Shown: positions 23,521 through 36,800 of the stretch, piece after piece
Layout of the letters: the number at the start of each line of letters is the position of its first letter
Position numbering within the stretch: position 1 is the stretch's first letter
Origin: Lytechinus pictus
Taxonomy: Eukaryota
DNA: 64,000 nt
Reading direction: 5' to 3'
NCBI RefSeq assembly: GCF_037042905.1
Contig: NC_087251.1
Location: 32,862,001-32,926,000, forward strand
Notes under the pieces: generated by a model
Databases searched by the model: none
Told to the model about the DNA's origin: nothing
What the model saw: only the letters and a program-made list of their open reading frames with translations
Program-made: the position numbers and the translations under genes

Positions 23521-23930
23521 CCCAATTTGACCAAAGTTCATTGACCCTAAATGACCTTTGACCTTGACCATGTGACCTGAAACTTGCACAGGATGTTCAG
23601 TAATACTTGATTACTATTATGTCCAAGTTTCATAAATCAGATCTATAAACTTTTAAAGTTATGATGGTAATTCAACAGATACCCCTAATTCGGCCAAAGT
23701 TCATTGACCCTAAATGACCTTTGACCTTGATCATGTGACATGAAACTCAGGCAGGATGTTTAATAATACTTGATTAACATTATGGCCAAGTTTCATGAAC
23801 TAGGTCCATATACTTTCTAAGTTATGCTGTCATTTCAAAAACTTAACCTCAGGTTAAGATTTGGTGTTGACGCCGCCGCCGCTGTCGGAAAAGCGGCGCC
23901 TATAGTCTCACTCTGCTATGCAGGTGAGAC
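23022..23930 (-). mobile_element. Complete Helentron/pearl-like element (copy 3), five ~160-bp internal repeats
   Basis: Same termini as copy 1. gatgtt..gt/a.tactt recurs at ~23115, 23278, 23430, 23592, 23755. Confidence 0.82.
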
Positions 23931-24807
23931 AAAAATAAATATTACCCTACAGTATACTTGTATTTACAAGTAGAATGTTCAATAAATACAACTTTATATA
24001 CAAACTCACCTTCATACTAGAAGCTTGACCCCCTTATCCAAAGAGAGATTTCTTGTTCAATGGCACACAGTGGCAGAGTGTCTGGACTTCCATCTCCTTC
24101 CAGTCGCTGTCCCCCTCTTTCTTTCTACCTCTTCTCACCGTTTGTGTGGTTCACCTGTTAGAAAAGTGAATACCAAATTTTTCCATAGTAACAGATGAGA
24201 ATGAATTCATATGTACATTTTGTATCAACAACACCAACTGAAGTCCCTTCTTTAAAAAATATTGTTATCATTACAGATTTTGTCAAATATATTTGACAGG
24301 GGTGTTGGACTTTTGGTACAGTTTCACTGGCTATTATAAGAACTGTGTAAAAATGAATTCTATCCATGAGTGCATTGTGAATGAGGTCTAGTCATTCAAC
24401 CTTGAAATGGTTTGATGAACACACTAAGAATCAGGGTTCAAATTTGAGCCTTAGGGGTTGGTACAGTAAGGGGTGCTAGAGAGAGCAATGCTCATTTGTG
24501 CACCTTCATGGGTGTAACATAAGCTACATTAAGCACCATATAGGGTGCAGATTTGAACCATGTAATGAAAGTTAATTTTTTTTAACATACACCTTAAAAG
24601 GTAAAATGTTGCCCCTTTTATTGTGCAAACGAACATTTCTGGGTGCAAACAATAATAAGGACAATTTCACCTTTTATCACTTAGGGTGCAATATTACAAG
24701 GAGAGTACAAGTGTTTCATTTAGGCTTCAAATTTTTTAACTTAGAAAAATATGTTAGAAAAATGATTTACAAACGCAATATATGAATACTTCAAATGAAG
24801 ATACATG

Positions 24808-27800
24808 TAGCATCCTAACCGATTATTACAGCGAGATTCAAGAAGATCCAGGGAGTTTGAATTTTCGACCCCCTCGCGCCCCACCCGCGACATGGAAAAT
24901 TGGCCAAAATTGGCCAAAATTGAGCAAATAATTTTTGTTTAATATAGCCCCCGAAACCCCCACCCCCCCAAATCAGCCGTCTTTGCTCCCTGGGATGTTT
25001 TAGCATCCTAACCGATTATTACAGCGAGAATCAAGAAGATCCAGTGCCATTTGATGTTATTTGTATTGTGACCTTTGTTGTATTAATATATTAGTTTAAT
25101 ATTCAACTCGTTATGATACATTGGTGTCTATATTTATTAGAGTCTTACACCAACGAAGGTCTAACCCTTTTATTTAATAGTGAGCTAGTTACGAATCATC
25201 ATGATTTTGTTAGATTCAGATTATATTGTAAAAGAGGAGAGAAAAGTAAAAGGCAGTTACACCAGTATGTTGTATTAGTATTATGATGATTCGATGTTGC
25301 AACCGCAAATTGTAAGCGCGCCATCTAGTGTTGGTCTCTTGGCCATGGTCATTAAAGACAGTCACACTTAACCTCAAAGTTGTCTAGTTTATTTACTTAC
25401 GTCTTATATTATTAACCCTTGGCGCAGGGAGTTTGAATCTTCGACCCCCTCGCCCCACCCGCGACATGGAAAATTGGCCAAAATTGGCCAAAATTGAGCA
25501 AAATAATTTTTGTTTAATATTGCCCCCGAAACCCCCCCAAAATCAGCCGTCTTCGCTTCCTGGGATGGGATGTTTTAGCATCCTAACCGATTATTACAGC
25601 GAGAATCAAGAGGATCCAGGGAGTTTGAATTTTCGACCCCCTCGCCCCACCCGCAACAAGGAAAATTGGGCAAAATTGGCCAAAATTGAGCAAAATAATA
25701 TTTGTTCAATATTTCCACCGAACCCCCCCCCCCCAATCAGCCGTCTTCGCTCCCTGGGATGTTTTAGCATCCTAACCGATTATTACAGCAAGAATCAAGA
25801 GGATCCAGGGAGTTTGAATTTTCGACCCCCTCGCCCCACCCGCAATGGGAAAATTGGGAAAAATTTGGCAAAATTGAGCAAAATAATATTTGTTCAATAT
25901 TTCCCCCGAAACCCCCCCCAAATCAGCCGTCTCCGCTCCCTGGAATGTTTTAGCATCCTAACCGATTATTACAGCGAGAATCAAGAGGATCCAGGGAGTT
26001 TGAATTTTCGACCCCTGCGACATGGAAAATTGGGCAAAATTGGCCAAAATTGAGCAAAATAATATTTGTTCAATATTTCCCCCGAAACCCCCCAAAATCA
26101 GCCGTCTTCGCTCCCTGGGATGTTTTAGCATCCTAACCGATTATTACAGCGAGAATCAAGAGGATCCAGGGAGTTTGAATTTTCGACCCCCTCGCCCCAC
26201 CCGCGACATGGAAAATTGGGCAAAATTGGCCAAAATTGAGCAAAATAATATTTGTTCAATATTTCCCCCCAAACCCCCCCAAATCAGCCGTCCTCGCTCC
26301 CTGGGATGTTTTAGCATCCTAACCGATTATTACAGCGAGAATCAAGAGGATCCAGGGAGTTTGAATTTTCTACCCCCTCGCCCCACCCGCGACAAAGAAA
26401 ATTGGGCAAAATTGGGCAAAATTGAGCAAAATAATATTTGTTCAATATTTCCCCCGAAACCCCCCCAAATCAGCCGTCTTTGCTCCTTGGGATGTTTTAG
26501 CATCCTAACCGATTATTACAGCGAGAATCAAGAGGATCCAGGGAGTTTGAATTTTCGACCCCCTCGCCCCATCCACGACATGGAAAATTGGGCAAAATTG
26601 AGCAAAATAATATTTGTTCAGTATTTCCCCCGAAACCCCCCCAAATCAGCCGTCTTCGCTCCCTGGAATGTTTTAGCATCCAAACCGATTATTACAGCGA
26701 GAATCAAGAGGGTCCAGGGAGTTTGAATTTTCGACCCCCTCGCCCCACCCGCGACATGGAAAATTGGGCAAAATTGGCCAAAATTGAGCAAAATAATATT
26801 TGTTCAATATTTCCCCCGAAACCCCCCCAAATCAGCCGTCTTCGCTCCCTGGAATGTTTTAGCATCCAAACCGATTATTACAGCGAGAATCAAGAGGGTC
26901 CAGGGAGTTTGAATTTTCGACCCCTCGCCCCACCCGCGACATGAAAAATTTGGCAAAATTGGCCAAAATTGAGCAAAATAATATTTGTTCAAAATTTCCC
27001 CCGAAACCCCCCCCTAATCAGCCGTCTTCGCTCCTTGGGATGTTTTAGCATCCTAACCGATTATTACAGCGAGAATCAAGAGGATCCAGGGAGTTTGAAT
27101 TTTCGACCCCCTCGCCCCACCCGCGACATGGAAAATTGGGCAAAATTGGCCAAAATTGAGCAAAATAATATTTGTTCAATATTTCCCCCCAAACCCCCCC
27201 AAATCAGCCGTCTTCGCTCCTTGGGATGTTTTAGCATCCTAACCGATTATTACAGCAAGAATCAAGAGGATCCAGGGAGTTTGAATTTTCGACCCCCTCG
27301 CCCCACCCGCGACATGGAAAATTGGCCAAAATTGAGCAAAATAATATTTGTTAAATATTTCCCCCGAAACCCCCCCAATCAGCCGTCTTTGCTCCCTGGG
27401 ATGTTTTAGCATCCTAACCGATTATTACAGCGAGAATCAAGAGGATCCAGGAAGTCTGAATTTTCGACCCCCTCGCCCAACCCTCGACATGGAAAATTGG
27501 GCAAAATTGGCCAAAATTGAGCAAAATAATATTTGTTCAATATTTCCCCCCAAACCCCCCCAAATCAGCCGTCTTCGCTCCTGGGATGTTTTAGTATCCT
27601 AACCGATTATTACAGCAAGAATCAAGAGGATCCAGGGAGTTTGAATTTTCGACCCCCTCGCCCCACCCGCGACATGGAAAATTGGGCAAAATTGGCCAAA
27701 ATTGAGCAAAATAATATTTGTTCAATATTTCCCCCCAAACCCCCCCAATCAGCCGTCTTTGCTCCCTGGGATGTTTTAGCATCCTAACCGATTATTACAG

Positions 27801-30800
27801 CGAGAATCAAGAGGATCCAGGGAGTTTGAATTTTCGACCCCTCGCCCCATCCGCGACATGAAAAATTTGGCAAAATTGGCCAAAATTGAGCAAAATAATA
27901 TTTGTTCAATATTTCCCCCGAAACCCCCCCCCTAATCAGCCGTCTTCGCTCCTTGGGATGTTTTAGCATCCTAACCGATTATTACAGCAAGAATCAAGAG
28001 GATCCAGGGACTTTGAATTTTCGACCCCCTCGCCCCACCCGCGACATGGAAAATTGGGCAAAATTGGACAAAATTGAGTAAAATAATATTTGTTCAGTAT
28101 TTCCCCCGAAACCCCCCCCAAATCAGCCGTCTTCGCTCCCTGGGATGTTTTAGCATCCTAACCGATTATTACAGCGAGAATCAAGAGGATCCAGGAAGTT
28201 CGAATTTTTGACCCCCTCGCCCCACCCGCGACATGGAAAATTGGGCAAAATTGGCCAAAAGTGAGCAAAATAATATTTGTTCAATATTTCCCCCGAAACC
28301 CCCCCAAATCAGCCGTCTTTGCTCCCTGGGATGTTTAAGCATCCTAACCGATTATTACAGCGAGAATCAAGAGGATCCAGGGAGTTTGAATTTTCGACCC
28401 CATTGCCCCACCCACGATATGGAAAATTGGGCAAAATTGGCCAAAATTGAGCAAAATAATATTTGTTCAATATTTTCCCCGAAACCCCCCCAAATCAGCC
28501 GTCTTCGCTCCCTGGGATATTTTAGCATCCTAACCGATTATTACAGCGAGAATCATGAGGATCCAGGGAGTTTGAATTTTTGACCCCCTCCCCCCACCCG
28601 CGACATGAAAAATTGGGCAAAATTGGCCAAAATTGAGCAAAATAATATTTGTTCAATATTTCCCCCGAAACCCCCCCAAATCAGCCGTCTTCGCTCCCTG
28701 GAATGTTTTAGCATCCTAACCGATTATTACAGCGAGAATCAAGAGAATCAAGAGGATCCAGGGAGTTTGAATTTTCGACCCCCTCGCCCCACCCGCGACA
28801 TGGAAAATTGGGCAAATTTGGCCAAAATTGAGCAAAATAATATTTGTTCAATATTTCCCCCGAAACCCCCCCAAATCAGCCGTCTTCGCTCCCTGGGATG
28901 TTTTAGCATCCTAACCGATTATTACAGCGAGAATCAAGAGGATCCAGGGAGTTTGAATTTTCGACCCCCTCGCCCCACCCGCGACATGGAAAATTGGGCA
29001 AAATTGGCCAAAAGTGAGCAAAATAATATTTGTTCAATATTTCCCCCGAAACCCCCCCAAATCAGCCGTCTTTGCTCCCTGGGATGTTTAAGCATCCTAA
29101 CCGATTATTACAGCGAGAATCAAGAGGATCCAGGGAGTTTGAATTTTCGACCCCATTGCCCCACCCACGATATGGAAAATTGGGCAAAATTGGCCAAAAT
29201 TGAGCAAAATAATATTTGTTCAATATTTTCCCCGAAACCCCCCCAAATCAGCCGTCTTCGCTCCCTGGGATATTTTAGCATCCTAACCGATTATTACAGC
29301 GAGAATCATGAGGATCCAGGGAGTTTGAATTTTTGACCCCCTCCCCCCACCCGCGACATGAAAAATTGGGCAAAATTGGCCAAAATTGAGCAAAATAATA
29401 TTTGTTCAAGTTTTAGCATCCTAACCGATTATTACAGCGAGAATCATGAGAATCAAGAGGATCCAGGGAGTTTGAATTTTCGACCCCCTCGCCCCACCCG
29501 CGACATGGAAAATTGGGCAAATTTGGCCAAAATTGAGCAAAATAATATTTGTTCAATATTTCCCCCGAAACCCCCCCAAATCAGCCGTCTTCGCTCCCTG
29601 GGATGTTTTAGCATCCTAACCGATTATTACAGCGAGAATCAAGAGGATCCAGGGAGTTTGAATTTTCGACCCCCTCGCCCCACCCGCGACATGGAAAATT
29701 GGGCAAAATTGGCCAAAATTGAGCAAAATAATATTTGTTCAATATTTCCCCCGAAACCCCCCCAAATCAGCCGTCTTCGCTCCCTGGGATGTTTTAGCAT
29801 CCTAACTGATTATTACAGCGAGAATCAAGAGGATCCAGGGAGTTTAAATTTTCGACCCCCTCGCCCCACTCACGACATGGAAAATTGGGCAAAATTGGCC
29901 AAAATTGAGCAAAATAATATTTGTTCAATATTTCCCCCGAAACCCCCCCAAATCAGCCGTCTTCGCTCCCTGGAATGTTTTAGCATCCTAACCGATTATT
30001 ACAGCGAGAATCAAGAGGATCCAGGGAGTTTGAATTTTCGACCCCCTCGCCCCACCCGCGACATGGAAAATTGGGCAAAATTGGCCAAAATTAAGCAAAA
30101 TAATATTTGTTCAATATTTCCCCCGAAACCCCCCCAAATCAGCCGTCTTTGCTCCCTGGGATGTTTTAGCATCCTAACCGATTATTACAGCGAGAATCAA
30201 GAGGATCCAGGGAGTTTGAATTTTCGACCCCATTGCCCCACCCACGACATGGAAAATTGGGCAAAATTGGGCAAAATTGAGCTAAATAATATTTCCCCCG
30301 AAACCCCCCCAAATCAGCCGTCTTCGCTCCCTGGGATGTTTTAGCATCCTAACTGATTATTACAGCGAGAATCAAGAGGATCCAGGGAGTTTAAATTTTC
30401 GACCCCCTCGCCCCACCCGCGACATGGAAAATTGGGCAAATTTGGCCAAAATTGAGCAAAATAATATTTGTTCAATATTTCCCCGGAAACCCCCCCAAAT
30501 CAGCCGTCTTCGCTCCCTGGAATGTTTTAGCATCCTAACCGATTATTACAGCGAGAATCAAGAGGATCCAGGGAGCTTGAATTTTCGACCCCCTCGCCCC
30601 ACCCGCGACATGGAAAATTGGGCAAAATTGGCCAAAATTAAGCAAAATAATATTTGTTCAATATTTCCCCCGAAACCCCCCCAAATCAGCCGTCTTTGCT
30701 CCCTGGGATGTTTTAGCATCCTAACCGATTATTACAGCGAGAATCAAGAGGATCCAGGGAGTTTGAATTTTCTACCCCATTGTCCCACCCACGACATGGA

Positions 30801-33800
30801 AAATTGGGAAAAATTGGCCAAAATTGAGAAAAATAATATTTCCCCTGAAACCCCCCCAAATCAGACGTCTTCGCTCCCTGGGATGTTTTAGCATCCTAAC
30901 TGATTATTACAGCGAGAATCAAGAGGATCCAGGGAGTTTAAATTTTCGACCCCCTCGCCCCACCCGCGACATGGAAAATTGGGCAAATTTGGCCAAAATT
31001 GAGCAAAATAATATTTGTTCAATATTTCCCCGGAAACCCCCCCAAATCAGCCGTCTTCGCTCCCTGGGATGTTTTAGCATCCTAACCGATTATTACAGCG
31101 AGAATCAAGAGGATCCAGGGAGTTTGAATTTTTGACCCCCTCGACCCACCCGCGACATGGAAAATTGGGCAAAATTGGACAAAATTGAGTAAAATAATAT
31201 TTGTTCAATATTTCCCCCGAAACCCCCCCAAAATCAGCCGTCTTCGCTCCCTGGGATGTTTTAGCATCCTAACCGATTATTACAGCGAGAATCAAGAGGA
31301 TCCAGGAAGTTCGAATTTTCAACCCCATTGCCCCACCCGCGGCATGGAAAATTGGGCAAAATTTGCCAAAATTGAGCAAAATAATATTTGTTCAATATTT
31401 CCCCCGAAACCCCCCCAAATCAGCCGTCTTCGCTCCCTGGGATGTTTTAGCATCCTAACCGATTATTACAGCGAGAATCAAGAGGATCCAGGGAGTTTGA
31501 ATTTTCGACCCCCTCGCCCCACCCGCGACATGGAAAATTGGGCAAAATTGGCCAAAATTGAGCAAAATAATATTTGTTCAATATTTCCCCCGAAACCCCC
31601 CCAAATCAGCCGTCTTCGCTCCCTGGGATGTTTTAGCATCCTAACCGATTATTACAGCGAGAATCATGAGGATCCAGGGAGTTTGAATTTTTGACCCCCT
31701 CGCCCCACCCGCGACATGGAAAATTGGGCAAAATTGGCCAAAATTGAGCAAAATAATATTTGTTCAATATTTCCCCCGAAACCCCCCAAAATCAGCCGTC
31801 TTCGCTCCCTGGGATGTTTTAGCATCCTAACCGATTATTACAGCGAGAATCAAGAGGATCCAGGGAGTTTGAATTTTCAACCCCCTCGCCCCACCCGCGA
31901 CATGGAAAATTGGGCAAAATTGGGCAAAATTGAGCAAAATAATATTTGTTCAATATTTCCCCCGAAACCCCCCCAAATCAGCCGTCTTTGCTCCCTGGAA
32001 TGTTTTAGCATCCTAACCGATTATTACAGCGAGAATCAAGAGGACCCAGGGGGCTTTAATTTTCGACCCCCTCGCCCCACCCGCGACATGGAAAATTGGG
32101 CAAAATTGGCCAAAATTGAGCAAAATAATATTTGTTCAATATTTCCCCCCAAACCCCCCCAAAATCAGCCGTCCTCGCTCCCTGGGATGTTTTAGCATCC
32201 TAACCGATTATTACAGCGAGAATCAAGAGGATCCAGGGAGTTTGAATTTTCTACCCCCTCGCCCCACCCGCGACAAAGAAAATTGGGCAAAATTGGGCAA
32301 AATTGAGCAAAATAATATTTGTTCAATATTTCCCCCGAAACCCCCCCAAATCAGCCGTCTTTGCTCCTTGGGATGTTTTAGCATCCTAACCGATTATTAC
32401 AGCGAGAATCAAGAGGATCCAGGGAGTTTGAATTTTCGACCCCCTCGCCCCATCCACGACATGGAAAATTGGGCAAAATTGAGCAAAATAATATTTGTTC
32501 AGTATTTCCCCCGAAACCCCCCCAAATCAGCCGTCTTCGCTCCCTGGAATGTTTTAGCATCCAAACCGATTATTACAGCGAGAATCAAGAGGGTCCAGGG
32601 AGTTTGAATTTTCGACCCCCTCGCCCCACCCGCGACATGGAAAATTGGGCAAAATTGGCCAAAATTGAGCAAAATAATATTTGTTCAATATTTCCCCCGA
32701 AACCCCCCCAAATCAGCCGTCTTCGCTCCCTGGAATGTTTTAGCATCCAAACCGATTATTACAGCGAGAATCAAGAGGGTCCAGGGAGTTTGAATTTTCG
32801 ACCCCTCGCCCAACCCGCGACATGAAAAATTTGGCAAAATTGGCCAAAATTGAGCAAAATAATATTTGTTCAAAATTTCCCCCGAAACCCCCCCCTAATC
32901 AGCCGTCTTCGCTCCTTGGGATGTTTTAGCATCCAAACCGATTATTAAAGCGAGAATCAAGAGGATCCAGGGAGTTTGAATTTTCGACCCCCTCGCCCCA
33001 CCCGCGACATGGAAAATTGGGCAAAATTGGCCAAAATTGAGCAAAATAATATTTGTTCAATATTTCCCCCCAAACCCCCCCAATCAGCCGTCTTTGCTCC
33101 CTGGGATGTTTTAGCATCCTAACCGATTATTACAGCGAGAATCAAGAGGATCCAGGGAGTTTGAATTTTCGACCCCTCGCCCCATCCGCGACATGAAAAA
33201 TTTGGCAAAATTGGCCAAAATTGAGCAAAATAATATTTGTTCAATATTTCCCCCGAAACCCCCCCCCTAATCAGCCGTCTTCGCTCCTTGGGATGTTTTA
33301 GCATCCTAACCGATTATTACAGCAAGAATCAAGAGGATCCAGGGACTTTGAATTTTCGACCCCCTCGCCCCACCCGCGACATGGAAAATTGGGCAAAATT
33401 GGACAAAATTGAGTAAAATAATATTTGTTCAGTATTTCCCCCGAAACCCCCCCCAAATCAGCCGTCTTCGCTCCCTGGGATGTTTTAGCATCCTAACCGA
33501 TTATTACAGCGAGAATCAAGAGGATCCAGGAAGTTCGAATTTTTGACCCCCTCGCCCCACCCGCGACATGGAAAATTGGGCAAAATTGGCCAAAAGTGAG
33601 CAAAATAATATTTGTTCAATATTTCCCCCGAAACCCCCCCAAATCAGCCGTCTTTGCTCCCTGGGATGTTTAAGCATCCTAACCGATTATTACAGCGAGA
33701 ATCAAGAGGATCCAGGGAGTTTGAATTTTCGACCCCATTGCCCCACCCACGATATGGAAAATTGGGCAAAATTGGCCAAAATTGAGCAAAATAATATTTG

Positions 33801-36800
33801 TTCAATATTTTCCCCGAAACCCCCCCAAATCAGCCGTCTTCGCTCCCTGGGATATTTTAGCATCCTAACCGATTATTACAGCGAGAATCATGAGGATCCA
33901 GGGAGTTTGAATTTTTGACCCCCTCCCCCCACCCGCGACATGAAAAATTGGGCAAAATTGGCCAAAATTGAGCAAAATAATATTTGTTCAATATTTCCCC
34001 CGAAACCCCCCCAAATCAGCCGTCTTCGCTCCCTGGAATGTTTTAGCATCCTAACCGATTATTACAGCGAGAATCAAGAGAATCAAGAGGATCCAGGGAG
34101 TTTGAATTTTCGACCCCCTCGCCCCACCCGCGACATGGAAAATTGGGCAAATTTGGCCAAAATTGAGCAAAATAATATTTGTTCAATATTTCCCCCGAAA
34201 CCCCCCCAAATCAGCCGTCTTCGCTCCCTGGGATGTTTTAGCATCCTAACCGATTATTACAGCGAGAATCAAGAGGATCCAGGGAGTTTGAATTTTCGAC
34301 CCCCTCGCCCCACCCGCGACATGGAAAATTGGGCAAAATTGGCCAAAATTGAGCAAAATAATATTTGTTCAATATTTCCCCCGAAACCCCCCCAAATCAG
34401 CCGTCTTCGCTCCCTGGGATGTTTTAGCATCCTAACCGATTATTACAGCGAGAATCATGAGGATCCAGGGAGTTTGAATTTTTGACCCCCTCGCCCCACC
34501 CGCGACATGGAAAATTGGGCAAAATTGGCCAAAAGTGAGCAAAATAATATTTGTTCAATATTTCCCCCGAAACCCCCCCAAATCAGCCGTCTTTGCTCCC
34601 TGGGATGTTTAAGCATCCTAACCGATTATTACAGCGAGAATCAAGAGGATCCAGGGAGTTTGAATTTTCGACCCCATTGCCCCACCCACGATATGGAAAA
34701 TTGGGCAAAATTGGCCAAAATTGAGCAAAATAATATTTGTTCAATATTTTCCCCGAAACCCCCCCAAATCAGCCGTCTTCGCTCCCTGGGATATTTTAGC
34801 ATCCTAACCGATTATTACAGCGAGAATCATGAGGATCCAGGGAGTTTGAATTTTTGACCCCCTCCCCCCACCCGCGACATGAAAAATTGGGCAAAATTGG
34901 CCAAAATTGAGCAAAATAATATTTGTTCAAGTTTTAGCATCCTAACCGATTATTACAGCGAGAATCATGAGAATCAAGAGGATCCAGGGAGTTTGAATTT
35001 TCGACCCCCTCGCCCCACCCGCGACATGGAAAATTGGGCAAATTTGGCCAAAATTGAGCAAAATAATATTTGTTCAATATTTCCCCCGAAACCCCCCCAA
35101 ATCAGCCGTCTTCGCTCCCTGGGATGTTTTAGCATCCTAACCGATTATTACAGCGAGAATCAAGAGGATCCAGGGAGTTTGAATTTTCGACCCCCTCGCC
35201 CCACCCGCGACATGGAAAATTGGGCAAAATTGGCCAAAATTGAGCAAAATAATATTTGTTCAATATTTCCCCCGAAACCCCCCCAAATCAGCCGTCTTCG
35301 CTCCCTGGGATGTTTTAGCATCCTAACTGATTATTACAGCGAGAATCAAGAGGATCCAGGGAGTTTAAATTTTCGACCCCCTCGCCCCACTCACGACATG
35401 GAAAATTGGGCAAAATTGGGCAAAATTGAGCAAAATAATATTTGTTCAATATTTCCCCCGAAACCCCCCCAAATCAGCCGTCTTCGCTCCCTGGAATGTT
35501 TTAGCATCCTAACCGATTATTACAGCGAGAATCAAGAGGATCCAGGGAGTTTGAATTTTCGACCCCCTCGCCCCACCCGCGACATGGAAAATTGGGCAAA
35601 ATTGGCCAAAATTAAGCAAAATAATATTTGTTCAATATTTCCCCCGAAACCCCCCCAAATCAGCCGTCTTTGCTCCCTGGGATGTTTTAGCATCCTAACC
35701 GATTATTACAGCGAGAATCAAGAGGATCCAGGGAGTTTGAATTTTCGACCCCATTGCCCCACCCACGACATGGAAAATTGGGCAAAATTGGGCAAAATTG
35801 AGCTAAATAATATTTCCCCCGAAACCCCCCCAAATCAGCCGTCTTCGCTCCCTGGGATGTTTTAGCATCCTAACTGATTATTACAGCGAGAATCAAGAGG
35901 ATCCAGGGAGTTTAAATTTTCGACCCCCTCGCCCCACCCGCGACATGGAAAATTGGGCAAATTTGGCCAAAATTGAGCAAAATAATATTTGTTCAATATT
36001 TCCCCGGAAACCCCCCCAAATCAGCCGTCTTCGCTCCCTGGAATGTTTTAGCATCCTAACCGATTATTACAGCGAGAATCAAGAGGATCCAGGGAGCTTG
36101 AATTTTCGACCCCCTCGCCCCACCCGCGACATGGAAAATTGGGCAAAATTGGCCAAAATTAAGCAAAATAATATTTGTTCAATATTTCCCCCGAAACCCC
36201 CACAAATCAGCCGTCTTTGCTCCCTGGGATGTTTTAGCATCCTAACCGATTATTACAGCGAGAATCAAGAGGATCCAGGGAGTTTGAATTTTCTACCCCA
36301 TTGTCCCACCCACGACATGGAAAATTGGGAAAAATTGGCCAAAATTGAGAAAAATAATATTTCCCCCGAAACCCCCCCAAATCAGACGTCTTCGCTCCCT
36401 GGGATGTTTTAGCATCCTAACTGATTATTACAGCGAGAATCAAGAGGATCCAGGGAGTTTAAATTTTCGACCCCCTCGCCCCACCCGCGACATGGAAAAT
36501 TGGGCAAATTTGGCCAAAATTGAGCAAAATAATATTTGTTCAATATTTCCCCGGAAACCCCCCCAAATCAGCCGTCTTCGCTCCCTGGGATGTTTTAGCA
36601 TCCTAACCGATTATTACAGCGAGAATCAAGAGGATCCAGGGAGTTTGAATTTTTGACCCCCTCGACCCACCCGCGACATGGAAAATTGGGCAAAATTGGA
36701 CAAAATTGAGTAAAATAATATTTGTTCAATATTTCCCCCGAAACCCCCCCCAAATCAGCCGTCTTCGCTCCCTGGGATGTTTTAGCATCCTAACCGATTA

